In this document: in pieces, positions 8,501-17,225 of the stretch | Layout of the letters: every line of letters begins with the position of its first letter | How positions within the stretch are numbered: the stretch's first letter is position 1 | Origin: Planctomycetota bacterium | GTDB taxonomy: Bacteria > Planctomycetota > B15-G4 | Direction of reading: 5' to 3' | Assembly: GCA_038212275.1 (NCBI GenBank) | Contig: JBBQUR010000003.1 | Coordinates: 1 to 64,000 of the forward strand | DNA length: 64,000 bases | Made by a program: the position numbers and the translations under genes | Notes under the pieces: model-generated | What the model saw: the letters and a program-made list of their open reading frames with translations, nothing else | Told to the model about the DNA's origin: nothing | Database searches by the model: none

Positions 8501-11191
8501 CTGCTGACTCCCGACAGCCAGCGCCTGCACGCGGCGCTGCTTGCACGCGGGCTCGCCGCGGGCGGCCTTTCCGCGTACCTGCCGCCCGGCCTGCGTTGCG
8601 AGTTGCGCGACGGCCGGCTGGCGCTGCAGGTCGACGCGCTGCACGGCCCCGCGACGGCCGGCGGCGAGCGCTTCGACGTCGCGCTGCACGATGTGCTGCT
8701 GCGCGACGGGCCCGAGGGTGAGACCGTGTTCGCGCTGTCGCGGCTCGCGTGCGTGGCGCCGCGCGTCGATCTGGACGGCGGCGTCGTCGATCTCGAGGAG
8801 GTCAGCCTGCGCGGCGTGCAGCTCGCGGCGCATCGCGGCGACGATGCTGAGGTGCATGCGCTGGGCTTCGCCTTCGGCAGCGCTCCGGATGTCGCGGCGC
8901 AGGGCGCCACGGGCGACATGGCGAGCGCGGCGCAGGGCGTGGCGAGCGGCGCGCCGCCGAGCGCGGCGCGGCGCGGCGAGTCGGCGCTGGCCGCGCTGCC
9001 GGAAGCGAGGCTGAAGACGCTGGACGTGGAGTTCGAGCATCTGTCGTGGCGCGATGAAAGCCAGCCCGGTCAGCCTGAAGTGCTCGCGCACCTGCACCTC
9101 TTCAATCCGGCGCCGCTGGAGCTGATCGGCCGCGATCCGGAGTCGCTCGCCCCGTGGGAGCTGACCTGCGAGGTCGGCGCGAACCCGGTGATCGAAGCGC
9201 TGACGATCGGCCTGCGGCTGCAACCCTTCGCGATGCAGCCGTCGCTCGAGTTGAGTCTCGCGGGGCACGGCATCCAGGGCGCGGGCCTCACGGCGCTCGT
9301 GCCCTCGCTGGCTGGCAGCGTCGACGGCAGCGAGCTGGTCGACGGCACGCTCGGAGCTCAGCTCGAGGCGCAGCTGCAGTGGCCGCGACGCAGCCCGGTG
9401 GACTTCGACCTCTCGCACGGCTTCGGCCTGCGGCTTGCGCTCTCCGGGCTCGAGTTGCGCGACCGGCCTCAGGGCGAACTGCTCGCGGGTCTCGACGGGC
9501 TGGAACTCGAGGTGGCACGCATCAGCCCCGCGAGCGGCGACGTGCACGTGGAGCGCCTCGAGTTGCGCACGCCGCACGCGCTGGTCGTGAATCGCGAGGA
9601 CGGCCTGCACGTGCTGGGACTGCGGCTCCTGTCCGCGGCGGCGGACTCCGGCACGCAGGCGGCAGACGCGCCGACGGTCCCGCCGCCCGCGGCGTCCGGC
9701 GGCGTGGCGTCCGGCGGCGCGGCGTCGGACGTCGCCGCGGCGGCGCGCGCGCCCGAGGTCCGCATCGATGCCGCGACCATCACGGGACTCGACCTGCAGT
9801 TCCGCGACGAGACGCTGACTCCGCCGCTGCTGCTGCCGATCCAGTCGCTCGATGCGGAGCTCACCGGCTTCAGCACGTCCGCGCAGGCCGCGCGGCCGAT
9901 GCGCTTCGGCGTGTTCGTCGGCGCCGGAGACGTGCCGCTGCCCAAGCCGGTCAAGTCCTCCTCGGTGCTGGCGGGCCTGACGAAGGCGACCATCGCGTCG
10001 ATCTCCGGCGCCGATGAAAGCCGCACGCAGATCGAGGAACGCCCGGTGTTCCAGGAGATCTCGCTCACGGGGCGTCTCACGAACGGGCCGTCGCCGAAGG
10101 GCTGGGCGCAACTCAACATCTCGGCCCTGGAACTCATGAGCTTCGCGAGCGCGGCGAAGTCGGCGGGCGTGGTCATCGGCGACGGCGTGCTGGACGCGAG
10201 CGTCAAGCTGCGCTTTCTCGGCGCGGAGGGCGTGTCGATCGACAGCTCGACCACGCTCACGGACCTCTCGCTCAGCGAGCCGGCCAACGGCCCCGTGTCG
10301 CAGTACCTCAAGCTTCCGGCTCCGCTCGACACGGTCGTCTTCCTGTTGCGTGACGAGCAGGAGCGCATCGTGCTGGACATCAATCTCGACAGCGGAGCGG
10401 CGGGCGTGTCGGGCTCCGGACTCGCCCGGGAGGCAGCGGCCACGCTCGGCGCGCTCAGCACGCGTGCGGTGGCCTCGTCGCCGCTGCGCCTGACCGGCAC
10501 GCTCACGGATGCGATCGGCGTCACTGGCGGCCAATCCAGCGTGCAGGCCGAGGTGCCGACGCTGCTGGAGTTCGGCGTGGGCGATGCGGCTCTGCAGCCG
10601 GAGCAGATGCAGCAACTGGCGCCGCTCGTCGCGCGCCTGGCCGCGGACGAGGATCTCACGCTGGTGCTCGAGCACGTGCTCGGCGAGGGCGATGTCGCGC
10701 AGGCCGAACTGCTGGCCAACCCTCCCGACGAAGAAACGCTGCAGGTGGTGGAGCGCCTGCGCCAGATGCGCGGCGAGTTGCAGCGCCGGCGCGACGAACT
10801 CGCCGCGCAGGTGAGTTCCTTCTACGCAGTGGGGCGCGAGAGCGACGCGGCTGCGGCCTCCGAGCAACTGCGCGGCGTCGATCACGATCTCGGCGTGCTG
10901 GAGCAGGGCCTCGATCGCGTGCTCGACCTGCTGCGCCCCGGAGCCGGGCGGCGGGCCGACCACCGCACGCGGGAGGCGGCTCTCGCCCTCGGCAATCAGC
11001 GCCTGGCGACGGTCGCGGCCGCCTTGAAGCAGGCCGGACTGAAAGATTCCCTGTCGGTGATCGAAGTGCGTCCGGCGCGCTGGCAGGTGGCGGCCGGCGA
11101 GTCGGGCGGGCACGTGGCCCTGATCCCGCGCTCGAGGCCCCGGCCGCAGGGGTTGTTCTCCCGGTGGTTCGGCTGGATGTGGCCGTTCTGA
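5531..11191 (+). CDS. Giant DUF748 (AsmA-like) protein with OmpA-like C-terminal region
   Basis: N-terminal TM anchor (WLRTLTWIVGLAVAARLLLWLALP), repeated beta-rich modules (L..RD..V.PP..L, .RDA.G.L), C-terminal LEFGVGDAAL...L.LG.QR...V..AL motif; about 1886 aa. Confidence 0.75.
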   Translation: MAAPTPVANPPRTRRRRWLRTLTWIVGLAVAARLLLWLALPLVLERAAEAFDLDYEVGELSLSLRTGQLELHDLVLLPKHPSTRGATPPAPRAPDGAPDGAPVGASTPAGADADVFRDSLAADGRVGALDYLLVDIDMQALLSGRLHAERIDVDGLTILVALPPKPAADPSASPQDAADTRAARARHEAAPTPGRDAGREPIPTDLTLPFSLDALRVQHARCLLRDESVSPPLATELSLDVRVSDVGSTKAPARLLVRAEASGVLDELRIDGTLSGDRSRQEGVLTVVLRGMHPGALAGYLARASAAPVAERLGLRFSLTGGARASGEHGELCSAELALDGLQLDADGRTAFALQSLRLDVPSLAGAARGVLRTELGVLNLTGLHAAVERLPSGAWRVAGLDLLPAATDAGAADAVAAAGSAGDADTARASQDAAPPSDATTPAAPSEATPWRLARLALRDVQLDVHDGTVVPATDLSVQLAALELGPLQSDAGTESDPAQLSATLHAPGLCDTLEVTGSLAPFGPEASADLSLQSTGLTLRRAEPYLRAAGLRSLLQQGALGLHVQAQTGTDEQGAVTASVRITDLLLRDGDNTLLSLPVVAFDGLVAAADGSSVVLRDVDIAGPALDLRRDADGALHLLGLATLSAAELDAASGGAAAPAERQDASSAATAQATAQAAGPAGPRLLLGQLRWHDVALHVRDEAVAPPIDLNLHDVGLNLSDLAIGGDPAHGDSRTGKLALWLGAEGILQRLELQGAVQSRPGPLDLTADLSLQVTGVQGGQAAAWMEAAGWQSAWADGRLALALHAAVAQREDALHADVELTQLSLDNGGQRWLALQRLSLGAVQLGAEGLQVGAIELSGFDVRAERDAEGGMLFAGVRVPPPVAPVTPVAPVAPVAATGDVPMTDDAAQADDDTAPMRIVVARVALDDVHVQFNDAAVSPAADLSAGMALHVSGFDTASPPGGAPAAFDLSLAVPGTLESLALQGDVLLTPDSQRLHAALLARGLAAGGLSAYLPPGLRCELRDGRLALQVDALHGPATAGGERFDVALHDVLLRDGPEGETVFALSRLACVAPRVDLDGGVVDLEEVSLRGVQLAAHRGDDAEVHALGFAFGSAPDVAAQGATGDMASAAQGVASGAPPSAARRGESALAALPEARLKTLDVEFEHLSWRDESQPGQPEVLAHLHLFNPAPLELIGRDPESLAPWELTCEVGANPVIEALTIGLRLQPFAMQPSLELSLAGHGIQGAGLTALVPSLAGSVDGSELVDGTLGAQLEAQLQWPRRSPVDFDLSHGFGLRLALSGLELRDRPQGELLAGLDGLELEVARISPASGDVHVERLELRTPHALVVNREDGLHVLGLRLLSAAADSGTQAADAPTVPPPAASGGVASGGAASDVAAAARAPEVRIDAATITGLDLQFRDETLTPPLLLPIQSLDAELTGFSTSAQAARPMRFGVFVGAGDVPLPKPVKSSSVLAGLTKATIASISGADESRTQIEERPVFQEISLTGRLTNGPSPKGWAQLNISALELMSFASAAKSAGVVIGDGVLDASVKLRFLGAEGVSIDSSTTLTDLSLSEPANGPVSQYLKLPAPLDTVVFLLRDEQERIVLDINLDSGAAGVSGSGLAREAAATLGALSTRAVASSPLRLTGTLTDAIGVTGGQSSVQAEVPTLLEFGVGDAALQPEQMQQLAPLVARLAADEDLTLVLEHVLGEGDVAQAELLANPPDEETLQVVERLRQMRGELQRRRDELAAQVSSFYAVGRESDAAAASEQLRGVDHDLGVLEQGLDRVLDLLRPGAGRRADHRTREAALALGNQRLATVAAALKQAGLKDSLSVIEVRPARWQVAAGESGGHVALIPRSRPRPQGLFSRWFGWMWPF

Positions 11192-11468
11192 GGCCTTCGG
11201 CGCGGCCCGTTCGGGTCTTGTGCCGGGAGTCGCCGTGCGGGCAGTTGCACGTGCGACACGCGCTCCGGGCCCCCGATCCGGCCGCGAGGGACACGACAAG
11301 CGGCATTCACAATCGGCCGACCAGCCTTACGAGCAGACGGGCTTCGCGGCCGGCGAGGCGCGGCCCGGTGGCTTTCGGGCTTGTAGAGGCAGGCCCCATT
11401 TGGCGACCATGCGGGCATATAGCAAAGTTCGCAGGCGGCCTCAGGCCGTACTGCAAGGAGATTCTCTA

Positions 11469-11891
11469 GTGAAGTTGTTCGTTGGTGGGCTGTCGTGGGA
11501 TACCGATGCGGATTCTCTCCGCGCGGCGTTCGAAGAGTTTGGAACTGTTTCCGAAGCGGTCGTTGTTCAGGACCGCGAGACCGGTCGCAGCCGTGGCTTC
11601 GGGTTCGTGTCTTACGCGAACGATGAAGAGGGCAAGGCGGCCATGAAGGCCATGAACGGCGCGACCCTGGACGGCCGCACGATCAAGTGCGACGAGGCTG
11701 TTGAACGCAGCCGTGGCCCGGGCGGCGGTGGCGGCTTCGGCGGCCCCCGTGGCGGTGGCGGCGGTGGTGGTGGCGGCTTCGGTGGCCCGCGCGGCGGTGG
11801 CGGCGGCGGCGGTGGCGGTGGCTATCGCGGCGGCGCTGGCGGCGGTGCCGGCGGCGGCGGTGGCTACCGCGGGGGTGGCGGCGGACGCTGA
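11469..11891 (+). CDS. RRM-domain RNA-binding protein with glycine-rich RGG tail
   Basis: RNP2 KLFVGGLSW, RNP1 RGFGFVSY, GGPRGGG tail; AAGGAG RBS before GTG. Confidence 0.95.
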   Translation: MKLFVGGLSWDTDADSLRAAFEEFGTVSEAVVVQDRETGRSRGFGFVSYANDEEGKAAMKAMNGATLDGRTIKCDEAVERSRGPGGGGGFGGPRGGGGGGGGGFGGPRGGGGGGGGGGYRGGAGGGAGGGGGYRGGGGGR

Positions 11892-11910
11892 GCGTCTGTC
11901 GATCCCAGCA

Positions 11911-11951
11911 ACCAGCGGCCGGGCAGGCAACTGCCCGGCCGCTGGTGTTTT
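11911..11951 (+). terminator. Intrinsic terminator after the RRM gene
   Basis: Perfect 16-bp stem ACCAGCGGCCGGGCAG / CTGCCCGGCCGCTGGT, GCAA tetraloop, followed by GTTTT. Confidence 0.85.
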
Positions 11952-12083
11952 CCGAGGGTGTTTTCATGCGCACGCTTCGCCGCAGTCCCAATGCCGGTGC
12001 CCCGTCGCACCGGCGCATGGCTGCCCGACGTGGCCGCGAAGGAGCGGTCGGTGACACGCGCATGGACATGGAAGGACTGACAC

Positions 12084-12521
12084 ATGGCCAGGTCTGAAGG
12101 CAGCATCACCGCCACCATCGGTGCGCTCGCGCTGCTCGTCGGCGTCTTCGCTCCGCTGGCCGACGTCGATGTCTATGGCAGCGTCAGTCTCTTCGATCTG
12201 TCGGAGACGCAGGGGCTGCTGTTGCTCGCGGCGGCCAGTGCCACGCTGTATGCGGTGTTCACCGCGTCCACGCGCTGGCTGTGGCTCTGCGCGCTGGGTG
12301 CCTGGGTCGGTCTTCTCTATCCGCTGGTCAAGAGCTGGCTGACGCCGCGCGACGAGAGCGCGCTCGGCCAGCTGCAGGACGCGCTGACCTCCGCCGCGAG
12401 CGACGCGTTCGCCGACGTGTTCGGCGACGTCGTGATGGACATCACGCACCTGCGCTGGGGCGGCGGCGTGCTGCTTGCCGGCTGCGTGCTCCTCACCGTG
12501 GCGGCCGTCCGCCGACGCTGA
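12084..12521 (+). CDS. Small hypothetical membrane protein (about 4 TM)
   Basis: AAGGA RBS, hydrophobic segments, C-terminal WGGGVLLAGCVLL. Confidence 0.75.
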   Translation: MARSEGSITATIGALALLVGVFAPLADVDVYGSVSLFDLSETQGLLLLAAASATLYAVFTASTRWLWLCALGAWVGLLYPLVKSWLTPRDESALGQLQDALTSAASDAFADVFGDVVMDITHLRWGGGVLLAGCVLLTVAAVRRR

Positions 12522-12527
12522 GCAGCC

Positions 12528-14075
12528 TCAGCGCTCGACGGCGGCGAAGCGCAGCGGGCGGAACGAGACGAGCGCCTGCCGGCCGCGCACGTCGGCAGTC
12601 ACCCAGCGCTCGGGCACGAGCTTCAGCTCCATGGGCACGGCGGAGGCGGGCTCGATCGCGCCCGGCGCGCCGCCTCGTGCCGACGGATCCATCGTCGGCT
12701 CCGGCAGGTCGAGGCGCACGGAAGTCGTGCCGGCGCCGGTTGCCTCGGGAGCACTCATGGAAATGATGCCGAGGAGCACGCCGTCGGCTTCCACCCGGAC
12801 CGCCAGTGGATACAGGTCGGGCCGCGTCACGACGGGGCCAAGCTGCAGCTCCAGCGCGGCGGGTCCTGACGGCCGCGCGAGGAGCAGCGAGAGCCGCGCC
12901 CCCGCGCTTCCATCCTCGTTGAGGCCGCCGTAGACCTGGGCCTGGCCATCGGCGGTGGTCATGTCCACCACGCGACGCAGGCGGGCGCCGTCCTGCGCGC
13001 GCAGCTCGGCGCAGACCCGGCTCACTTCATCGGGCGTGTGCGGCACGGCGCGCTTGGCGCGGCGTGCGGTGTCCACCTCCGGCAGCGACCTGCTCGCGCC
13101 CGCGGAGACCCAGCCGCGCTCGAGCAGGTCCGCGGCCAGCCACGTCGCCATGGCGGCGGCGCTTTCCGCATCGGGGTGCGGATCGTCGCCGAGCGTGAAC
13201 TCGGGCGGTACGCCGGTGAACAGCGGCACGCGTGGAACCTCGGGCGCCATGGCAAGCAGTCGCTCGGCCAGATGCCAGCCCGGCCTGTTCTCGATGTACG
13301 GCGCGACCATCAGCCGCGCGCCGCGCTCCGCGAGCCGTCCGGCGAGCAGCGCGACGGACGCTCCCCACGCGTCGTAGCGTGTCGACGACTCCGGCGAGAG
13401 GTCGACTTCCAGCGCGGGCGGACCGAGTCGCCGCGCCAGGGCCTCCGGATCGCCGAGCACGTCGCGCAGCAGCGGCGCGATCCAGGGCGCGGTGCTGCCC
13501 TGGTAGACGGAGAGCCAGGGATCCCGCTGCGCGATGTCGGGCATGGCGCGCCGCATGCCGCGTTCGTTCATGCCGTCCGTGTCCAGCAGGTCGTTGCCGA
13601 CGGGCACGTAGATCACGATGTCGGGCGACAGCGCGTCCAGATGATCGAGCAGGAAGTGCGTCGCGTTGGCGTGATTCCAGCCCGGCATGGCCACGGTCCG
13701 GCAGGCGACGGGCCGCGCGCCGGGGCTGCGGGCGTCGGCGAGGACGACGGCGAGGCGCGCCGCGATGGTCTCGTCGTCCGCAAGTCCGTAGCCGAAGGCG
13801 ACCGAGTCGCCGAGCACCGCGATGACCTCGGCGTCCGCGGGAGGCGGCGGGCCGGGGGGCACGCGCAGTCCGAGCGCGTCGCTGTGCACGGGCGCGTCGT
13901 GGATCCATTGCGTGAGGCCCGGGCGCAGCACGTAGCCGACCAGCGGATCGGGGTGCACGCTGTAGACGCCGACCGCAGCGGCGTCAGGCCGGGCCGCGGA
14001 CACGGGCGTCGTGTCGCCGCACGCCGTGAGGCACAGCGCGACGGCCATGCACCTGGCGACGCGCGACGCTCGCAT
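12528..14075 (-). CDS. SGNH/GDSL hydrolase-family lipoprotein
   Basis: Lipobox LTAC, block I IAVLGDSVAFGYG, block III VGNDL, DDPHP (DxHP). Confidence 0.8.
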   Translation of the reverse strand: MRASRVARCMAVALCLTACGDTTPVSAARPDAAAVGVYSVHPDPLVGYVLRPGLTQWIHDAPVHSDALGLRVPPGPPPPADAEVIAVLGDSVAFGYGLADDETIAARLAVVLADARSPGARPVACRTVAMPGWNHANATHFLLDHLDALSPDIVIYVPVGNDLLDTDGMNERGMRRAMPDIAQRDPWLSVYQGSTAPWIAPLLRDVLGDPEALARRLGPPALEVDLSPESSTRYDAWGASVALLAGRLAERGARLMVAPYIENRPGWHLAERLLAMAPEVPRVPLFTGVPPEFTLGDDPHPDAESAAAMATWLAADLLERGWVSAGASRSLPEVDTARRAKRAVPHTPDEVSRVCAELRAQDGARLRRVVDMTTADGQAQVYGGLNEDGSAGARLSLLLARPSGPAALELQLGPVVTRPDLYPLAVRVEADGVLLGIISMSAPEATGAGTTSVRLDLPEPTMDPSARGGAPGAIEPASAVPMELKLVPERWVTADVRGRQALVSFRPLRFAAVER

Positions 14076-14091
14076 CAGCAGTTCTGCCGGC

Positions 14092-15831
14092 TCACTGCGC
14101 GCCCTTGCCCTCGGCCACGTCGGTGAGGGACGGCGCCGCGTGCGGATGGAACTCGCCCTTGTCCAGCTTGCGGAAATAGCTGTGGTACTCGCGCATCGCC
14201 TGGCGGCCGAACACGAGCATGATCGGGATGTTGGCGAAGAGCATCACGCCCGTGCCGAGCGACGACACGATGTCGAGTTCGTTCTCGCTGCGGATGAAGG
14301 AACTGCACGACACGAGCACGAGCAGGCAGTACACGATGCGGTACGGCATGATGCCGCGGTCGCCGAACATGTAGCGGATGCCCTGCTCGCCGTAGTAGCT
14401 CCACGAGATGATCGTCGAGAGCGCGAACAGCCACGCCACGATGGGCACGAGCCAGTAGCCCAGTCCGTCGAACGCCCGGTCGAAGGCTTTCGCGGTCAGC
14501 GTCGCGCCCTTCCACGACATGTAGATGCCGGCCGACTTCAGCTCGGGCTTCATGCTGCTGGCGAGGCCGGCCGGGTCCCAGGCGATGCTCACGGTGCCGT
14601 CGTCCGCGCGGGACAGCGTGCCCGTGAGCTGGTGGTGGTCGGTGCCGACCTTGTCGTCCCGGTCTGCGTGCAGGACGGCATAGACCTGCTGGCCGGCCAC
14701 CGCGCCGCGCTCGTCGCCGGTGACGACGGCGGGCTCCAGCGACCAGCATGGCGTGCCGTCCGCGGCGGCGGCGACGGACACCAGCGCGGGCGTCGTCCGG
14801 AAGGCCATGTCCGGCTCGCGGTTCCACTCGCCGGACAGCAGCAGCACCATGGCGGTGATCGTGCAGACCACGAGCGTGTCGATGAAGGGCTCGAGGCCCG
14901 CGACGATGCCCTCGCGCACGGGCTCGTCGGTCTTCGCCGCGGAGTGTGCGATGGGCGAACTGCCCTGCCCGGCCTCGTTGCTGAAGAGCGCGCGCTGCAT
15001 GCCCTTGAGGAAGGTGAAGCCGACGGCGCCGCCGATGAACGCGCCCTGCGCCGTCGTGGGGTTGAAGGCCTCGCGGAAGATCAGCAGGAACATCGCCGGG
15101 ATCCGATCGAAGTCCACGACGATGACGATGATTCCGGCCAGCATGTACAGGCCGCACATGAGCGGGACGAGCCGGCCGGTGACGTCGCCGATGCGCTTGA
15201 TGCCGCCGACGATGACGAGGCCGGTGAGGACCGTCAGGATCACGCCGGTCAGCATCCGGTTCACGCCGAAGTAGCTGAAGGTGATGTCGGCGACGTTCCA
15301 GGCCTGGAACATGTTGCCGCCCGTGACCGCCGAGATGACCAGCGTGATGCAGAAGATCACGGCCACGGCCTTGCCGAAGAAGGCGAGCTTCGGGCTGATG
15401 CGCGCGAAGCCGCGGCTCGCGATCCACATCGCGCCGCCGCTCGGGTTCTCCGGGTCGTCCGTGTTGCGATACATGAGCGCCTGCGTGACCTCGGTGGTCT
15501 TCAGCGCCATGCCGACAAGGCCCGTGACCCACATCCAGAAGACGGCGCCTGGACCGCCGAGCGAGACGGCCAGCGCCACGCCGGCGATGTTGCCGAGGCC
15601 CACCGTCGCCGAAAGGGCTGTCGACAGCGCCTGGAAGTGGTTGATGGCGCCGGGGTCGCCCTTGCGGTCGAACTTGCCGCGGATCACGGCCACGCCGTGT
15701 GTCAGCGCGCGCCACTGGCAGAAGCCGCTCCAGACGGTGAACAGCACGCCCACGCCCAGGATGAACAGCAGGACCTTGTCGTCCCACAGGAAGTCATTGA
15801 CGGCATTCACGAGGTTCATGACCTGATCCAT
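14092..15831 (-). CDS. Alanine/glycine:cation symporter (AGCS, AlsT/DagA family)
   Basis: FQALSTALSATVGLGNIAGVA..GGPGAVFWMW, RALFSNEAGQGSSPIAH, EPFIDTLVVCTITA, SWSYYGE. Confidence 0.95.
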   Translation of the reverse strand: MDQVMNLVNAVNDFLWDDKVLLFILGVGVLFTVWSGFCQWRALTHGVAVIRGKFDRKGDPGAINHFQALSTALSATVGLGNIAGVALAVSLGGPGAVFWMWVTGLVGMALKTTEVTQALMYRNTDDPENPSGGAMWIASRGFARISPKLAFFGKAVAVIFCITLVISAVTGGNMFQAWNVADITFSYFGVNRMLTGVILTVLTGLVIVGGIKRIGDVTGRLVPLMCGLYMLAGIIVIVVDFDRIPAMFLLIFREAFNPTTAQGAFIGGAVGFTFLKGMQRALFSNEAGQGSSPIAHSAAKTDEPVREGIVAGLEPFIDTLVVCTITAMVLLLSGEWNREPDMAFRTTPALVSVAAAADGTPCWSLEPAVVTGDERGAVAGQQVYAVLHADRDDKVGTDHHQLTGTLSRADDGTVSIAWDPAGLASSMKPELKSAGIYMSWKGATLTAKAFDRAFDGLGYWLVPIVAWLFALSTIISWSYYGEQGIRYMFGDRGIMPYRIVYCLLVLVSCSSFIRSENELDIVSSLGTGVMLFANIPIMLVFGRQAMREYHSYFRKLDKGEFHPHAAPSLTDVAEGKGAQ

Positions 15832-16122
15832 CGCAGCGCTGCCTCGTCGCGGGGGGCGTAGCCGTCGGATCGCCGGCCACCTCGTCGGGCGCCGCGCGGG
15901 CCGGAGCACGCGAAGGGGACGGTTCTACCACGCGAGCTGCCCGCTCCCGATCGACCGCTTTCCCGGGGACATGTAACGCCGCAGCAGCCGACCCGACGGA
16001 GCACACGGCCCCTCCATGTGCCGTCGGCTCGGAGGCGAAGCGCGGGGCCGATGTCGAGGCGCACGGATGTCCGTGGGCCGATCGAGTGCAACCACCGAGC
16101 GGACGCAGAAGGAGGACGGAAG

Positions 16123-17082
16123 GTGAGGATCGGAACGAATGGTGTGAGTCGGTCGCGGGGCGTGGTGCTTGGCTGCGTGCTGCTGCTTGCGGGCAGCGTG
16201 CCCGCGTCGGCGCACGAACTGCACGAGCCGGGGCCGTGGATCGTGCGCGGCGTGCAGGGCGGAGTCTTGTCGGGTGTCCCGCTGCGCGGCGGGCGGCTGG
16301 TCGGGCCTCGCGTCGCGGGGCCGGCGCCCCTGGTCGCGGCCATTTCGTCGGAGCTGGCGGCCTTGCAAGCAGGGGCAGGCGACGATGGCCGAGGGGAGTC
16401 GGCGCGCGCTGCGCTGGCCGAGGCCGCCGCGAGCCGGAAGGAGGCGCAGAAACTTTCCGGCGAGGAGCGCGAGCAGGCCATGCACGCGGTGCTGGCGCAG
16501 TACGCAAGCATCGCGGAGGACGAGCGCTTCGCGGTCGCCGGGCGCGCCGAGGCGTCGTTCCGTGCGGGAGATCTGCTGCGCGTCGGCAAGCAACTCGACG
16601 AGGCCGCTGCCATGTATGCGCGCGCCGCGGAGCTGGGCGGCACGACGGCGGGAGCCGAGGAGTTTGCCGCGCGCGGATTGCTGGAGGCTGCACACCTCAA
16701 GCGGCGCGCGCACGATGTCGAGGGCGCGTTGACGCTCTACGCGGCTGTGCGGGAGCGCTTCCCCGGCGAGAAGCGGACGGCCGCGCATGCGGTCACGTGG
16801 CAGGGAAAGCTGGAACTGCAGTCCGAGCAGCGCGAGCGAGGCATGGCGACGCTGCTCGGTTTCCGCGAGCTCTTCCCTGAGTATCCGGCGGAGGCCGTGC
16901 GCAACACCGACCTGGTGGCGCTCGAACAGCTTGAGGCCGGGGACGAGGCCGGGGCGCGTCAAACGGTCGAGCAACTCCAGAAGGCCATGGAGCCCATCCT
17001 GGCGGAGGGGGGCAAGCGGGCCGAGTCGGTCAGCAAGGCGCTGGCGGCGATGCGGGTTACCGAACAGCTCACCGGTTACTAG
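16123..17082 (+). CDS. Secreted TPR-like helical-repeat protein
   Basis: GGAGG 7 nt before GTG, signal peptide ending PASA, TPR-like repeats (AEASFRAGDLL...AAAMY, ALTLYAAVRERFP). Confidence 0.7.
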   Translation: MRIGTNGVSRSRGVVLGCVLLLAGSVPASAHELHEPGPWIVRGVQGGVLSGVPLRGGRLVGPRVAGPAPLVAAISSELAALQAGAGDDGRGESARAALAEAAASRKEAQKLSGEEREQAMHAVLAQYASIAEDERFAVAGRAEASFRAGDLLRVGKQLDEAAAMYARAAELGGTTAGAEEFAARGLLEAAHLKRRAHDVEGALTLYAAVRERFPGEKRTAAHAVTWQGKLELQSEQRERGMATLLGFRELFPEYPAEAVRNTDLVALEQLEAGDEAGARQTVEQLQKAMEPILAEGGKRAESVSKALAAMRVTEQLTGY

Positions 17083-17145
17083 TTGGCGCCGATGGTGTCA
17101 GGTGGTTGGCGCTGGTGCTTGGGAGAGAACCAGAGCCGGACACCA

Positions 17146-17191
17146 TGGGGTGCCCTCACGCGAGGAGAGAGCGTGGGGGCACCCCACTTTT
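17146..17191 (+). terminator. Intrinsic terminator between convergent genes
   Basis: 16-bp stem TGGGGTGCCCTCACGC / GCGTGGGGGCACCCCA (one G-U) followed by CTTTT. Confidence 0.75.
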
Positions 17192-17225
17192 ATGGCTCCC
17201 CCGGTGGGGCCGGCGCGCGCCGGCT

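Noticed and set aside
15962..15978. Second IS481-like end (CCGGGGACATGTAAC)
   Set aside because: Single partial match without the repeated structure; better explained as part of an ECF-like promoter.
15832..16120. Glycine riboswitch upstream of the AGCS symporter
   Set aside because: No GGAGA / CCGAAG / CTCAGG aptamer motifs found by eye on the minus strand; an Infernal search would settle it.
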